Shown here: positions 1 to 10,424 of the stretch, piece by piece | Numbering within the stretch: position 1 is the stretch's first letter | How the letters are laid out: each line of letters begins with the position of its first letter | Assembly: GCA_964638135.1 (NCBI GenBank) | Contig: CAZXAR010000002.1 | Span: forward strand, 1 to 57,564 | Direction of reading: 5' to 3' | Origin: an uncultured Enterobacteriaceae bacterium | Lineage (GTDB): Bacteria > Pseudomonadota > Gammaproteobacteria > Burkholderiales > SG8-39 | DNA: 57,564 bases | The notes under the pieces: generated by a model | What the model was told of the DNA's origin: nothing | What the model saw: only the letters and a program-made list of their open reading frames with translations | Databases searched by the model: none | Translations under genes and position numbers: made by a program

Positions 1-390
1 CGCTACCAGTCGCGGCGCCATTCCGGCGGCGGCATGGACAACGACAGCCGCGACCAGTATTCGCACTTCCTGCTGCAGAGCCGCGTCGACACGCGGCTGA
101 TCGAGTTCCGCGATCACGGGCAGCTCTCGATGATTTCGATCGTCGATTACCTGCCCGACGGGCTGTCCTCGGTGTACACGTTCTTCGAGCCCGAGCGCCC
201 CGGGGCGAGCTACGGCACGTACAACGTGCTGTGGCAGATCGATGCCTGCCGTGCGCTCGGCCTGCCCTACCTGTATCTCGGCTACTGGATCAAGGAGAGC
301 TCCAAGATGGCCTACAAGGCGCGCTTCATGCCGATCGAGGGGTTCGTCGGCGGCGGCTGGAGGCGGCTCTCGTCGCGCGATCTCGGGTGA
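1..390 (+). CDS. bpt: Arginyl/leucyl-tRNA--protein transferase (Bpt family), C-terminal part; 5' end cut by the window edge
   Basis: The frame is open from base 1 ([16 protein letters not shown]...). The sequence [39 protein letters not shown] is typical of the ATE_C/Bpt C-terminal domain. Confidence 0.8.
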   Translation, partial: RYQSRRHSGGGMDNDSRDQYSHFLLQSRVDTRLIEFRDHGQLSMISIVDYLPDGLSSVYTFFEPERPGASYGTYNVLWQIDACRALGLPYLYLGYWIKESSKMAYKARFMPIEGFVGGGWRRLSSRDLG

Positions 391-402
391 GACAATAGGA
401 GC

Positions 403-1431
403 ATGCTGTACGCGCTTGCGCGGCCGCTGCTCTTCGCGCTCGAACCCGAAACCGCCCATCAACTCACTTTCGCGCTCGCCGCTGCGCCGCTGCGCCTCGG
501 TCTGCTGCGCTACCCGCGCGTGCCGTCGCATCCGGTGCGCGCGATGGGGCTCGAGTTTCCGAATCCGGTCGGCCTCGCCGCGGGGCTGGACAAGAACGGC
601 GAGCACGTCGATGCGCTCGCGGCGCTGGGTTTCGGCTTCATCGAGGTTGGCACGGTCACGCCGCGACCGCAGCCGGGCAATCCGCATCCGCGCCTGTTTC
701 GCCTTCGCGAAGCGCAGGCGCTCATCAACCGGCTCGGCTTCAACAACGTCGGCCTCGACGTTTTTCTTGAAAACCTGTCGCGCATCCGCTGGCGCGGCGT
801 GCTCGGCATCAACATCGGCCGCAATGCCGATACCCCGAACGAGCGCGCCGCGGAGGATTACCTCGCCTGCCTGGAGCGCGTGCACGCCCGCGCGAGCTAC
901 GTCGCGATCAACGTTTCCTCGCCGAACACGGAGGGCCTTCGCGCGCTGCAGGAAAAGGAGCAGCTCGAGGCGCTGCTCGCGCGGCTTTCCGGCGCGCGCG
1001 CCCCGCTCGCCGACCGGCACGGGCGCCGCGTGCCGCTGGTGCTGAAGGTCTCGCCCGATCTCGAGCGCGGCCAGATTCGCGACATCGCGGCGGCGGTCCG
1101 GCGCCACCGGATCGACGGGTTGATCGCCACCAATACGTCGCTTTCGCGCGGCGGGGTCGAAGGGCTGGCGCGCGCGAGCGAGGCGGGCGGGCTCTCAGGC
1201 GCGCCGATCCGCCGGCGCGCGACCGAAGTGCTCGCCGCCTTCGCCGCCGAACTCAAGGGCGAGGTACCGCTCATCGGCTCGGGCGGCATTCTCGGCGGCG
1301 ACGACGCGGCGGAAAAAGTCGCCGCGGGCGCATCGCTGGTGCAGCTCTACACCGGTCTCATCTACCGCGGCCCCGGACTCGTCGCCGAGTGCGGCGGTGC
1401 CATTGCTCGTGCGCATCGGCCTGCCGCGTGA
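403..1431 (+). CDS. pyrD: Dihydroorotate dehydrogenase (quinone), class 2
   Basis: 342 aa. N-terminus MLYALARPLLFALEPETAH, then GLAAGLDKNG, GFGFIEVGTVTP and IGSGGI motifs typical of PyrD. Confidence 0.9.
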   Translation: MLYALARPLLFALEPETAHQLTFALAAAPLRLGLLRYPRVPSHPVRAMGLEFPNPVGLAAGLDKNGEHVDALAALGFGFIEVGTVTPRPQPGNPHPRLFRLREAQALINRLGFNNVGLDVFLENLSRIRWRGVLGINIGRNADTPNERAAEDYLACLERVHARASYVAINVSSPNTEGLRALQEKEQLEALLARLSGARAPLADRHGRRVPLVLKVSPDLERGQIRDIAAAVRRHRIDGLIATNTSLSRGGVEGLARASEAGGLSGAPIRRRATEVLAAFAAELKGEVPLIGSGGILGGDDAAEKVAAGASLVQLYTGLIYRGPGLVAECGGAIARAHRPAA

Positions 1432-2515
1432 ACTGAAGGACGGCGAGTTCCGCGTCGCGCTCGCGCCCGGCGCGGCGAGCGAACTCGCCAGGGCCCGGCA
1501 CGAGGTCCGGGTGGAACGAGGCGCGGGAGCCGGTGCCGGCTTTTCCGACCGCGAGTACGCCGCTGTCGGCGCGCGCCTTGTCGGCGCCGCCGAAGCGTGG
1601 GACTGCGAACTCGTGGTCAAGGTGAAGGAGCTGCAGGAGGCGGAATACGGATTGCCGCGCCGCGGCCAGATGCTGTTCTGTTTCCAGCATTTCGGGCCCG
1701 AGCCGCGGCTCCTCGATGCCGCGCTCGCCTGCGGCGCGACGTTCCTTGCGTTCGAGACCGTCGGCCAGGCCGATGCGAGTTTGCCGATCCTCGCGCCCAT
1801 GTCCGCAATCGCCGGCCGCCTCGCGGTGCAGGTCGGCGCGTGGTGTCTGCAGAAGCACAGCGGCGGATCGGGCGTGCTGCTTGCCGGACTCGAAGGTGTG
1901 CGGCCGGGGCAAATCGTCATCCTCGGCGCGGGCAACGTGGGAGCCAACGCGCTTGCGGTGGCGCACGGAATCGGCGCACGCACGACCGTATTTGCCGGCA
2001 GCGCGCGGCGATTTGCGGCGCTGCGCGCGCAATTTCGCGAGCGCGTCGAGTTTCGCGCCGGCGCCGGAGGTCTGGAGCATGCGGTCGCCGAAGCGGACCT
2101 CGTCATCGGCGCGGTTCTCACGCCCGGCCGCATGTCGCCGAAGCTCATCACCCGGCCGATGCTGCGTTCGATGCGCGCGGGCTCCGCCCTGGTCGATGTC
2201 GGCATCGATCAGGGGGGAATCGCGGAAACCTCCCGCGCAACGAGCCACAGCGAACCGACCTACGTGGAAGAAGGCGTGGTGCATTATTGCGTGCCGAACA
2301 TGCCTGCCGCCTGCGCGCGCACGGCGAGCCTCGCGCTCGACCGGGCGGTGCTGCCATTCGTGGCCGAGCTTGCGGGGCGCGGCCTAGTTGGCGCGCTCCG
2401 CGCCCGGTCCGAACTGGAGACGGCGGTACAGGTTCACGCCGGTCACGTGACCCACGAACACCTCGCGCGCGATACGCGCCGCGCCTGCGCCAGGCTCGAG
2501 ACGGTGCTTTCATGA
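1409..2515 (+). CDS. ald: Alanine dehydrogenase
   Basis: [15 protein letters not shown] at the N-terminus, ILGAGNVG Rossmann loop, VDVGIDQGG...TSHSEPTY...[12 protein letters not shown] 1409 gives the canonical M-R-I-G-L-P-R-E start. The track start at 1397 is also possible. Either start overlaps the pyrD 3' end. Confidence 0.85.
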   Translation: MRIGLPRELKDGEFRVALAPGAASELARARHEVRVERGAGAGAGFSDREYAAVGARLVGAAEAWDCELVVKVKELQEAEYGLPRRGQMLFCFQHFGPEPRLLDAALACGATFLAFETVGQADASLPILAPMSAIAGRLAVQVGAWCLQKHSGGSGVLLAGLEGVRPGQIVILGAGNVGANALAVAHGIGARTTVFAGSARRFAALRAQFRERVEFRAGAGGLEHAVAEADLVIGAVLTPGRMSPKLITRPMLRSMRAGSALVDVGIDQGGIAETSRATSHSEPTYVEEGVVHYCVPNMPAACARTASLALDRAVLPFVAELAGRGLVGALRARSELETAVQVHAGHVTHEHLARDTRRACARLETVLS

Positions 2516-2892
2516 AGCGCGGCGCGGTCGCATGGATCGACGAAGCGCGCTGCATCGGCTGCACGCTGTGCATCGAGGCGTGCCCGGTCGACGCCATCAC
2601 CGGCGCGCGAGGGCTCCTGCACACCGTGGTCGCCGGATGGTGCATCGGCTGCAGGCTCTGCCTGCCGCCCTGCCCGGTCGACTGCATCGCCATGGTCGCG
2701 CCGCCCGCACCGTGGGGCGCGGCGGACGCGCGAGCCGCCCAGCGCCGTTATGTTGCGCGCAGGGTTCGCCGTGCGCGCAGCCGCGCCGAGGCCCCCGTCT
2801 CGGATGCGCGCGAGCGCCGCGCGGTGATCGCCGCGCTGCTCGGGCGCGGAAGCGGCCGGCGCGCCCGCCCGAAGGAAGGCGGTTCGCGGTGA
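2512..2892 (+). CDS. 2x[4Fe-4S] ferredoxin (RnfB-like C-terminal domain) with a basic tail
   Basis: Two CxxCxxCxxxCP motifs ([24 protein letters not shown]). The ATG overlaps the ald stop (ATGA). It sits directly upstream of nth. Confidence 0.75.
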   Translation: MKRGAVAWIDEARCIGCTLCIEACPVDAITGARGLLHTVVAGWCIGCRLCLPPCPVDCIAMVAPPAPWGAADARAAQRRYVARRVRRARSRAEAPVSDARERRAVIAALLGRGSGRRARPKEGGSR

Positions 2893-3527
2893 ACCCCGCC
2901 CGGCGCCGCGAGATCTTCGAACGGCTGCGTGCAGCGAATCCGGCGCCGACGACGGAACTCGTCTATCGCACGCCGTACGAGTTGCTGGTCGCGGTGGTCC
3001 TTTCGGCGCAGGCGACCGACAAGTCGGTCAATGCCGCCACCGCGCGGCTGTTCGAGATCGCGGGCACACCCGAGAAGATGGTCGCGCTCGGCGAGAAAGG
3101 GCTGGAAGAGCACATCCGCACCATCGGCCTTTACCGCACCAAGGCGAAGAACGTGATCGAACTTTCGCGCCTGCTGCTCGAGCGGCACGGCGGTGCGGTG
3201 CCCGCCTCGCGCGAGGCGCTCGAGGCGCTGCCCGGCGTCGGCCGCAAGACCGCGAACGTGGTGCTCAACACCGCTTTCGGCGAGCCCACGGTCGCCGTCG
3301 ACACGCATATCTTCCGGGTCGCCAACCGCACCGGGCTCGCACCCGGCAAGGATCCACGGCAAGTCGAGGCGAGGCTTCTCAAGTTCACGCCGCCGGAGTT
3401 TCTGCGCGACGCGCATCACTGGCTGATCCTGCATGGGCGCTATGTCTGCCTCGCGCGCAAGCCGAAATGCCCCGCGTGCCCGATCCGCGACCTGTGCGAC
3501 TACCGCGGCAAGACCCGCGATGTTTGA
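2889..3527 (+). CDS. nth: Endonuclease III
   Basis: HhH-GPD motif [13 protein letters not shown], followed by the C-terminal Fe-S cluster loop [17 protein letters not shown]. The GTG start overlaps the ferredoxin stop. Confidence 0.9.
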   Translation: MNPARRREIFERLRAANPAPTTELVYRTPYELLVAVVLSAQATDKSVNAATARLFEIAGTPEKMVALGEKGLEEHIRTIGLYRTKAKNVIELSRLLLERHGGAVPASREALEALPGVGRKTANVVLNTAFGEPTVAVDTHIFRVANRTGLAPGKDPRQVEARLLKFTPPEFLRDAHHWLILHGRYVCLARKPKCPACPIRDLCDYRGKTRDV

Positions 3528-3951
3528 CCCGACGCGCGAGCAGGTCAGGGATTTCTTCTTCGCGACCTGGCGCAAGTACCGCGCCGGCGAGCCGCTCGCG
3601 GGGCTCGAGGCGCTCGCGCTCGAGGTGATCCTTGCGCATCCGGAATATCACGCGGCGCTTGCCGAACCAGAGCGCTTTCGCGAGCGGGAATACTTTCCCG
3701 AACTTGGCGAGCCGAATCCGTTCCTGCATCTGAGCATGCACCTCGCGATCGAGGAGCAGCTTTCGATCGACCAGCCGCCCGGCGTGGCGGGTCGGTTCGC
3801 TGCCCTCGCCGCCCGGCACGGCGATCGCCACGCCGCGATGCATGGCGCGATCGAGTGCCTCGCCGAAATGGTGTGGCGAGCGCAGCGCGACCACGCGCCG
3901 CCCGACGCAGTGGCGTACCTGAGCTGCCTGGAAGCGCGTGCGCGGCGCTAG
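3520..3951 (+). CDS. DUF1841-family protein
   Basis: [21 protein letters not shown]...HPEYH...NPFLHLSMHLAIEEQLSIDQPPG matches my recollection of DUF1841. The start was re-picked at ATG 3520 inside ORF 3433-3951. Confidence 0.6.
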   Translation: MFDPTREQVRDFFFATWRKYRAGEPLAGLEALALEVILAHPEYHAALAEPERFREREYFPELGEPNPFLHLSMHLAIEEQLSIDQPPGVAGRFAALAARHGDRHAAMHGAIECLAEMVWRAQRDHAPPDAVAYLSCLEARARR

Positions 3952-4289
3952 CGCTGGAAATGCAGGCTCGACTTCTGGCTTGCGAACCAGGCCGAGAGAT
4001 CCTCGATGTCCTGCCTGGAAAGGCCGGCCGTAAAGCCTTTCATGATGGCGTTGTTGCGCTTGCCCGATCGGTAGTCGGACAGCGCCTTGACCAGATAATC
4101 GTAGTGCTGGCCGGCAAGAATCGGCTGGTCGGGCGCCGACGGCTTCGCCCCGTCCGCGCCGTGGCATGCCGCGCAAACCTGGGCTGCTTTCGTCTTGCCC
4201 GCTTCCGCATTGCCCTTGGCCGACGCGTTCTGCGCCAGGCCCAGAACAAGCGCGAGGCAGACCGCGGCCCCGATCGGCAGCGAGTTCAT
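3948..4289 (-). CDS. Class I c-type cytochrome (monoheme, signal peptide)
   Basis: Signal peptide MNSLPIGAAVCLALVLGLAQNASA, heme motif CAACH, distal Met region AIMKG. The start was re-picked at 4289. Confidence 0.75.
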   Translation of the reverse strand: MNSLPIGAAVCLALVLGLAQNASAKGNAEAGKTKAAQVCAACHGADGAKPSAPDQPILAGQHYDYLVKALSDYRSGKRNNAIMKGFTAGLSRQDIEDLSAWFASQKSSLHFQR

Positions 4290-4627
4290 TTCCCTGCTCC
4301 GCCGTAATACGCCGCCATGTCGGCCATGTCCTTCTCGCTCAAGCCTGCCGCGATGCCGCGCATCGACGGATGCGAGCGTTCGCCCGACTTGTATGCCTGC
4401 AGCGCGCGGATCAGGTAGGCCGGCTGCTGCCCGCCCAGTTTCGGCACGTGATAGACCTCCGGGTAGGCAGTCCGGTAGCCGGGAATGCCGTGGCAGCCCT
4501 CGCACATCGCGATCTTCTTGTGCGCCTCTCGGGCGTCACCGGCTGGAGCCGCCTGCTGGGCCAGGGCCGCCGGCGCCGAAAGCGCAAGCCCCGTTGCGAG
4601 GAGCGCTGCAGGAAATTGGCGGGACAT
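4286..4627 (-). CDS. Class I c-type cytochrome (monoheme, signal peptide)
   Basis: Signal peptide ending in ALAQQ, heme motif CEGCH, PSMRG Met ligand region. Its stop overlaps the start of the downstream cytochrome (ATGA). The two genes look like a split cytochrome c4. Confidence 0.75.
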   Translation of the reverse strand: MSRQFPAALLATGLALSAPAALAQQAAPAGDAREAHKKIAMCEGCHGIPGYRTAYPEVYHVPKLGGQQPAYLIRALQAYKSGERSHPSMRGIAAGLSEKDMADMAAYYGGAGK

Positions 4628-4687
4628 GCGAGCGCGTTCTTCAGGCGAATCGAAACCGCGCGATTCTAGCGGAACGCCCCGGCGCTC

Positions 4688-4725
4688 ACAACCCGCGGCG
4701 GCGCCTTTGCGCGGGTTGTTATAAT
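4688..4725 (+). promoter_or_regulatory. Candidate promoter/operator upstream of the MoxR gene
   Basis: A perfect TATAAT at 4720-4725 lies 25 nt before ATG 4751. It is immediately preceded by a 10-bp perfect inverted repeat (ACAACCCGCG at 4688-4697, CGCGGGTTGT at 4710-4719). No good -35 hexamer is present. Confidence 0.3.
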
Positions 4726-4750
4726 TTCATTTTTCGCTGAAAGCCGCGCC

Positions 4751-5596
<846 letters not shown>

Positions 5597-5627
5597 CGCC
5601 GCTCGCCCGGTGGAAGGAGCGAGCAGC

Positions 5628-6554
5628 GTGACCGGGCCCCTGGAAAAGACGGTCAAGGTCGAATCGCCGGGCGGCGAACGCGAAGTCGCGGTGCTGTTTG
5701 CCGACATCGCCGGCAGCACCAAGCTCTACGAGGCGCTCGGCGACACCGAGGCGAAGGTCCTGATCGACGAGGCGCTCGTCGGAATGAACGTCATCACCAA
5801 GCGCCATCGCGGACGCGTCGTGAAGACGATCGGCGACGAACTGATGTGCGTGTTCCCGAGCGCCGAGCGCGGCTTTCTCGCCGCCACCGACATGCAGATC
5901 CTCGTCAACACGCTGCCGGTCGTGAAGGGCGTCAAGCGCATGATCCGCATCGGCTTTCATGCCGGTCCGGTGATCGAGCAGAAAGGCGACGTGTTCGGCG
6001 ACACGGTGAACGTCGCCGCGCGCATGGCGGGCCTCGCCAAGGGGATGCAGATCATGACTTCGCGCAGCACCGTGGAGGCGCTGCCGCAGGCGCTGCGCCT
6101 TGCGACCCGCGTGATCGCCGCGGTCGCGCTCAAGGGCAAGGCGAACGACATGGCGGTCTGCGAAGTGCTCTGGCAGGAAGGCGACGACCTGACGATGGCC
6201 GCCAACTCGCTTGGCGCCGAGGAGTCCGCGGCAGAGCTGGTGGTGCGGCACCGCGGCGGGGAGGTCGTTCTGGGCGTCGGCAAGGCGTCGCTGTCCTTCG
6301 GGCGCGACCCGGGCAGCGAAGTCGTGGTCTCGGGCGCGAAGGCGTCGCGCAATCACGCCCGCATCGAGAAGCGGCGCGACAAGTTCTACCTGGCCGACCA
6401 GAGTACCAACGGCACCTACGTTGTATTTGCGGGCGAGCCTGAGATCGTGCTGCGCCGCGAAGAGGTCACGCTGCGCGGAGCGGGACGCATCGGGTTCGGC
6501 CAGAGCTGCGCCGCAACCGCCGACGACTGCGTGGAATTCGCGCTCCGGCGCTGA
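5628..6554 (+). CDS. Class III adenylate/guanylate cyclase fused to a C-terminal FHA domain
   Basis: Cyclase motifs VLFADIAGST, VKTIGDELMCVF and FGDTVNVAARM. FHA motifs GRDPGSEVVV...SRNHARI...DQSTNGTYV. GTG 5628 follows GGAAGGAG (5612-5619); the in-frame GTG at 5610 is an alternative start. Confidence 0.8.
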   Translation: MTGPLEKTVKVESPGGEREVAVLFADIAGSTKLYEALGDTEAKVLIDEALVGMNVITKRHRGRVVKTIGDELMCVFPSAERGFLAATDMQILVNTLPVVKGVKRMIRIGFHAGPVIEQKGDVFGDTVNVAARMAGLAKGMQIMTSRSTVEALPQALRLATRVIAAVALKGKANDMAVCEVLWQEGDDLTMAANSLGAEESAAELVVRHRGGEVVLGVGKASLSFGRDPGSEVVVSGAKASRNHARIEKRRDKFYLADQSTNGTYVVFAGEPEIVLRREEVTLRGAGRIGFGQSCAATADDCVEFALRR

Positions 6555-6584
6555 GCGCCTGAGGCATCGGCCCGGGCGCTGCGC

Positions 6585-8915
6585 TCAGGCCTTGAGGACC
6601 GACTTGCCGCGCGCCGGCGGCGCCGAGAGCAATCCCGCCGGGGGCGCGGTTTCCATCTTGCCGCGCACCGCTTCCTGCGCGCAGGCGGCGGTGAATGTCA
6701 CGCCCACCGCCTTGCCCGCCACCGCCCCGAGCACGAAGCACGCCTGGCCGAGCTTGCCGTTCAGCGGCTTGAGCACGTTCTCGGCAATGAGGTCGGAGGC
6801 GTTGCCTTCCGGCAATTCGAGCTGGAACGCGCTTTCGCCCGCGGGCTGCACGTCGAGCACTTCGCGCAGGCTGCGCAACTCGCGCAGCAGCGCCTTCGAG
6901 GCGGCGGCGTCGGGCAGCCCGCTCACATTCAAGCTTACCTTCTGCGAGCCGAAGCTGAAATGCGCGAGAAAGAAATTCTTCGAGAACTCGTCGCCGACGA
7001 GCCTGCCGATATCGACGAGCGCCGCGTCCTCCGTCGCCCAGCTCGTGTTCTTCGGCAGCTTCGTGTTGTTGTAGATCTCCTCGCCGGTCGCCCGCTCGAT
7101 CGCCTTCACGGTCCAGGAGGTGAGCGCGGTCTTCGTGATCGTGAGCCCGGAGGCCGCAAGCTTCGCCGAAAGCTGCTTCACCTTCACTTCGCCGATGATG
7201 TGGAAGTCCGCGCTCTTCGCGTCCGGGCCGGTGCGCGTCTCGCCTTCGAGCGACCACGTGCGGAAGCCGAACGACTTGATCCGCTCCTTGATCGCGTTTT
7301 CGGCGAGTTGCGAGCGCGCCGGCGGCAGCGCCGTGGCGCTTTCGGCGTTGCTGATCTGCATCTGCACCGCGATTTTCGGATCGCCGTTGTTGCGGATGAA
7401 TTCGATGCGCTCCTTGTCGCTCATCTGGTTGAGCGACTTCTGCACGTCGCGGACCTTGACGGTGGCGCGCGTCGCGAGCGCGACGAGGCCGTCCTTGCCG
7501 AGCTGCGGCGCGTCCTCCGACAGCGTCGCCTTGATGAATTCGCCGGAGCGGGGCAGGAACTTGTCCTGCACCCACTGGTAGTTGCGGTTGATCGAGTCGT
7601 GCGACACGTACAGCGCGAGCGCCTTTTCCACGAGCTGGCGCTTGGCGTCCGCGCGCGCGGCGCTTCCCGCCGCGGCCGCGTCGCCGTTGAATTTCGCCGG
7701 GTCGGCGAGGCCCACCGCGCTGATCGTCAGTACGCCCGGTTCTGCCGCTGGTGCCGTCGCAGTCGGCGCCGGCGCCGGGGCGGGCGAAGCAGCAACCGGT
7801 GCGGGCTTGAGTACCGCGACCTCCGCGGGCTGTGCCACGTCGGTTTTCTTCGACCCCATCCAGTACATCGTGCCGCCGATCGCGGCGACGACGATCGCCA
7901 CGGCCGCTCCGGCCAGAACGCCGATGCTCAATTTCCTCCGCGGCGCCTCGGCCGCCGCGGGATGCGGAGCTGCCGCGACGGCCGGTGCAGCCTGTGCCGC
8001 CGGACGGATCTCCGTTTTCTCCACCAGTGTCGCGTCAGGCGCGGCCTCCACCCGCGTTGCATCCGCGCCCGCCGTCATCGCGGACGGGGCGCGGCCCTCG
8101 GCGACCGCGGCGATATCGGCCGCAAACTGCGCCGCCGTCTGATAGCGGTCGCTCGGACTCTTCGCCAGCGCGCGCCGGACCACCGTGTCCCACGCGGCGG
8201 GGAGCGTCGCGTTGAGCGTTGAGGGCGGCAGCGGTTCCTCCTTCAGCACCTTGTGCATGATTGTCGTCACGGCGCCGCTGAACGGCCGCTCGCCGGTGAG
8301 GAACTGATACAGGATGACGCCGCAGGAAAAGATGTCGCTGCGGCCGTCGACCGGCGTACCGAGGAACTGCTCCGGAGACATGTAGGACGGCGTGCCGAGC
8401 ACCGTGCCGGCCTGCGTCAGCTCGGACGTTTCGATCCGGGCGATGCCGAAATCGGCCACCTTGACGACGCCGTTCTCGAGCACGATCACGTTCGCGGGCT
8501 TCATGTCGCGATGCGTGACGCCGTTGCGGTGCGCATGCTCGAGCGCGCCGAGGATCTCTCCCATGATGCGCGCGATGTCCTTGTTGCCGAAGCGTTGCCC
8601 GCTCTCGAAATAGTCCTTGAGCTCCTTGCCCTTGATGAATTCCATGGCGATGAACGCGACGCCGCTCTCCTCGCCGTATTCGTAGATCGAGACGATGTTC
8701 GGATGGCTCAGGCGCCCGGCCGCCTGCGCCTCGCGCTTGAAGCGCGCGAGCATTTCGCCCGCCGCCTGGTCGGTGCGCTCGGGCTTGATCGTCTTGATGG
8801 CGACGGTGCGCTCGATGAAGGGGTCGAACCCTTCGTACACGACGCCCATCGCGCCGCGCCCCAGCTCGCGGCGGATGGTGTACTTGCCGAGTTTGGGCGG
8901 AACCGAGGACGTCAT
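6585..8915 (-). CDS. Hanks-type Ser/Thr protein kinase with one TM helix and a ~400-aa periplasmic domain
   Basis: G-loop LGRGAMGVVY, VAIK, HRDMKPANV, DFG, SPE. Then a Pro/Ala-rich linker, a TM segment (IGVLAGAAVAIVVAAIGGTMYW) and a large C-terminal domain I cannot name. Confidence 0.85.
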   Translation of the reverse strand: MTSSVPPKLGKYTIRRELGRGAMGVVYEGFDPFIERTVAIKTIKPERTDQAAGEMLARFKREAQAAGRLSHPNIVSIYEYGEESGVAFIAMEFIKGKELKDYFESGQRFGNKDIARIMGEILGALEHAHRNGVTHRDMKPANVIVLENGVVKVADFGIARIETSELTQAGTVLGTPSYMSPEQFLGTPVDGRSDIFSCGVILYQFLTGERPFSGAVTTIMHKVLKEEPLPPSTLNATLPAAWDTVVRRALAKSPSDRYQTAAQFAADIAAVAEGRAPSAMTAGADATRVEAAPDATLVEKTEIRPAAQAAPAVAAAPHPAAAEAPRRKLSIGVLAGAAVAIVVAAIGGTMYWMGSKKTDVAQPAEVAVLKPAPVAASPAPAPAPTATAPAAEPGVLTISAVGLADPAKFNGDAAAAGSAARADAKRQLVEKALALYVSHDSINRNYQWVQDKFLPRSGEFIKATLSEDAPQLGKDGLVALATRATVKVRDVQKSLNQMSDKERIEFIRNNGDPKIAVQMQISNAESATALPPARSQLAENAIKERIKSFGFRTWSLEGETRTGPDAKSADFHIIGEVKVKQLSAKLAASGLTITKTALTSWTVKAIERATGEEIYNNTKLPKNTSWATEDAALVDIGRLVGDEFSKNFFLAHFSFGSQKVSLNVSGLPDAAASKALLRELRSLREVLDVQPAGESAFQLELPEGNASDLIAENVLKPLNGKLGQACFVLGAVAGKAVGVTFTAACAQEAVRGKMETAPPAGLLSAPPARGKSVLKA

Positions 8916-8937
8916 CCGGAACGCGCCGCGCGATCCG

Positions 8938-9723
8938 TTACTTGTACTTGGAATCGATTTCCCAGACCGTCTTCTGCACCAGGCGCTGCACCATGGTGTC
9001 GAGCCCCACGCCGCCCTTGGCGCTTTGCTGCACGCCCATCACCGAAGTCGCGGTGGCGCCGACTTCCATCTTCTCTTCCGAATATCCCTGCGCCACCTGC
9101 TCGGTGGTGGTCGCATCCATGATCTTGAAGCGCATCCCGATCAGCCACACGCCGGTCGCGTCCTGCGTCTGCACCGAACCGGCGACGTGCCCTGCGGCCC
9201 CGGCGCCGAGGAATCCCAGCAGCCCGCCCACGGCACGGCCGTCAAAGCCCTGCCGGACCTCGGAAATCTGCTCGGCCTTGAGGATGTCGAACTTCACCAC
9301 CCACTTGGTGGTCTTGAGCTTGCCCACCTGCATGGTCTGGCGCGCCTTGTCGGGATCGCCGAGGTTGTAGGCGAGCGCGATCTCGTTCATCAATGGCCCG
9401 AGGTTCGAGCGCTCGAGCACGCCGAAATTGGCCTGCGAAAGTTCCAGCTCGGCGTAATCGGCGATGTTGTTGGGGCCGAACTTCTGGACGAAGGTCGCGT
9501 TGTTGCTCTTGACATCGCCGGGAATGACCACGAGATCCGGGCCGCGCTTTGCCTTGTTGACGTACTCGACCGGCTTGTAGGCGGCCACGTCCGCCGCGGC
9601 ATGTGCCTTCTGGGAAGTGGCGGTCCCGGCCGTGGGCGACGGATTGCCGAACGTCGGCTGGGCGGAAACATTCGCGCCCGCCAGAGCGCTCGCGACCGCC
9701 GCGATGAAGATGGCCTGTTTCAT
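8938..9723 (-). CDS. CsgG-like periplasmic/outer-membrane protein (signal peptide, no lipobox Cys)
   Basis: 261 aa. A GGAGG RBS precedes ATG 9723. The signal peptide MKQAIFIAAVASALAGANVSA has LAGA where a lipobox LAGC would be. The overall pattern (VVIPGDV..., FGVLERSNLGPLMNEIAL, glycine-rich GGLLGFLGAGAAG, MRFKIMDATTTEQV) resembles the CsgG/HfaB family. This call is from memory, not a search. Confidence 0.5.
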   Translation of the reverse strand: MKQAIFIAAVASALAGANVSAQPTFGNPSPTAGTATSQKAHAAADVAAYKPVEYVNKAKRGPDLVVIPGDVKSNNATFVQKFGPNNIADYAELELSQANFGVLERSNLGPLMNEIALAYNLGDPDKARQTMQVGKLKTTKWVVKFDILKAEQISEVRQGFDGRAVGGLLGFLGAGAAGHVAGSVQTQDATGVWLIGMRFKIMDATTTEQVAQGYSEEKMEVGATATSVMGVQQSAKGGVGLDTMVQRLVQKTVWEIDSKYK

Positions 9724-9764
9724 AAACCCTCCGTTCTGCTCGAGTGACGATCCGCCGCCGACGC

Positions 9765-10424
9765 CTATTTTCTGCGCGGCTCGGGCTGCTGACAATATTC
9801 GCTGTAGAGCCTGGCGACCACCTCTTCGGCCTGCTCGTTGATCAGGGTCAACGCCATCCCCTGCACGTCGGCGCCGCTGAACGACTGCGAATTGGCTTCG
9901 GCCTGGGCGACGCGCTTGCCGTCCGCGCCGGTGAGCGCGAAATGCATGCTGACCGCGACCTGGTTGACCGGGATCATGGGGTTGCGCATGGCGCGCGCCG
10001 AGATGAGGCCCTTCAGCGTATAGTTCGCCGCCAGCCGCTTCGCGGCCGAAAGCGCCGCGTCGGGATTGTTCTTGAAGTAGGCGTCGATCTCGGCCTGCGC
10101 GATCTGCTTGCGGATTTCCTCCTGCGTGTAGGTGCGCAGGCCGAGCTTCTGCAGCCGGGCATTGATGGCGTCGAAATGCGGGCTGAACGCCGCCTGCCGC
10201 GCCTGCACCACGCCGTTCACCTCCTCGCCGATCAGCACCATGATCTTGCGGTTCTTGATGCGGTCGAGGCAGGGCGTGGACAGCTGCGCGGCGATGCGTC
10301 GCTGGCGCTCGGCCTTGGCGGCCTCGCCCGCCTTGTCCTCGTTGGAGAACTTGAATCCCTGCGCCGCCGTGAACGCGGGCAGAGCGAGCAGCAGCAACGG
10401 AACGCAGAGTCGAAGTCGTGGCAT
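9765..10424 (-). CDS. Secreted protein of unknown function (219 aa)
   Basis: Clear Sec signal (MPRLRLCVPLLLLALPAFTAAQG). It is the first gene of the minus-strand operon with the CsgG-like gene and the kinase. I recognise no motif. Confidence 0.6.
   Translation of the reverse strand: MPRLRLCVPLLLLALPAFTAAQGFKFSNEDKAGEAAKAERQRRIAAQLSTPCLDRIKNRKIMVLIGEEVNGVVQARQAAFSPHFDAINARLQKLGLRTYTQEEIRKQIAQAEIDAYFKNNPDAALSAAKRLAANYTLKGLISARAMRNPMIPVNQVAVSMHFALTGADGKRVAQAEANSQSFSGADVQGMALTLINEQAEEVVARLYSEYCQQPEPRRK

Noticed and set aside
6551-6589. Inverted repeats (TGAGCGC...GCGCTCA; GCCTGAG...CTCAGGC) between the convergent cyclase-FHA and kinase genes
   Set aside because: Probably a simple shared transcription stop structure. 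It has no U-tract, overlaps both stop codons, and cannot be distinguished from chance GC-rich complementarity.
7715-8015. Repetitive-looking GCC/GCG/CCG-rich stretch, checked as a possible tandem repeat or CRISPR-like array
   Set aside because: It encodes the Pro/Ala-rich linker and TM segment of the kinase, in frame. There are no unit repeats with spacers. No CRISPR array was seen anywhere in the window.
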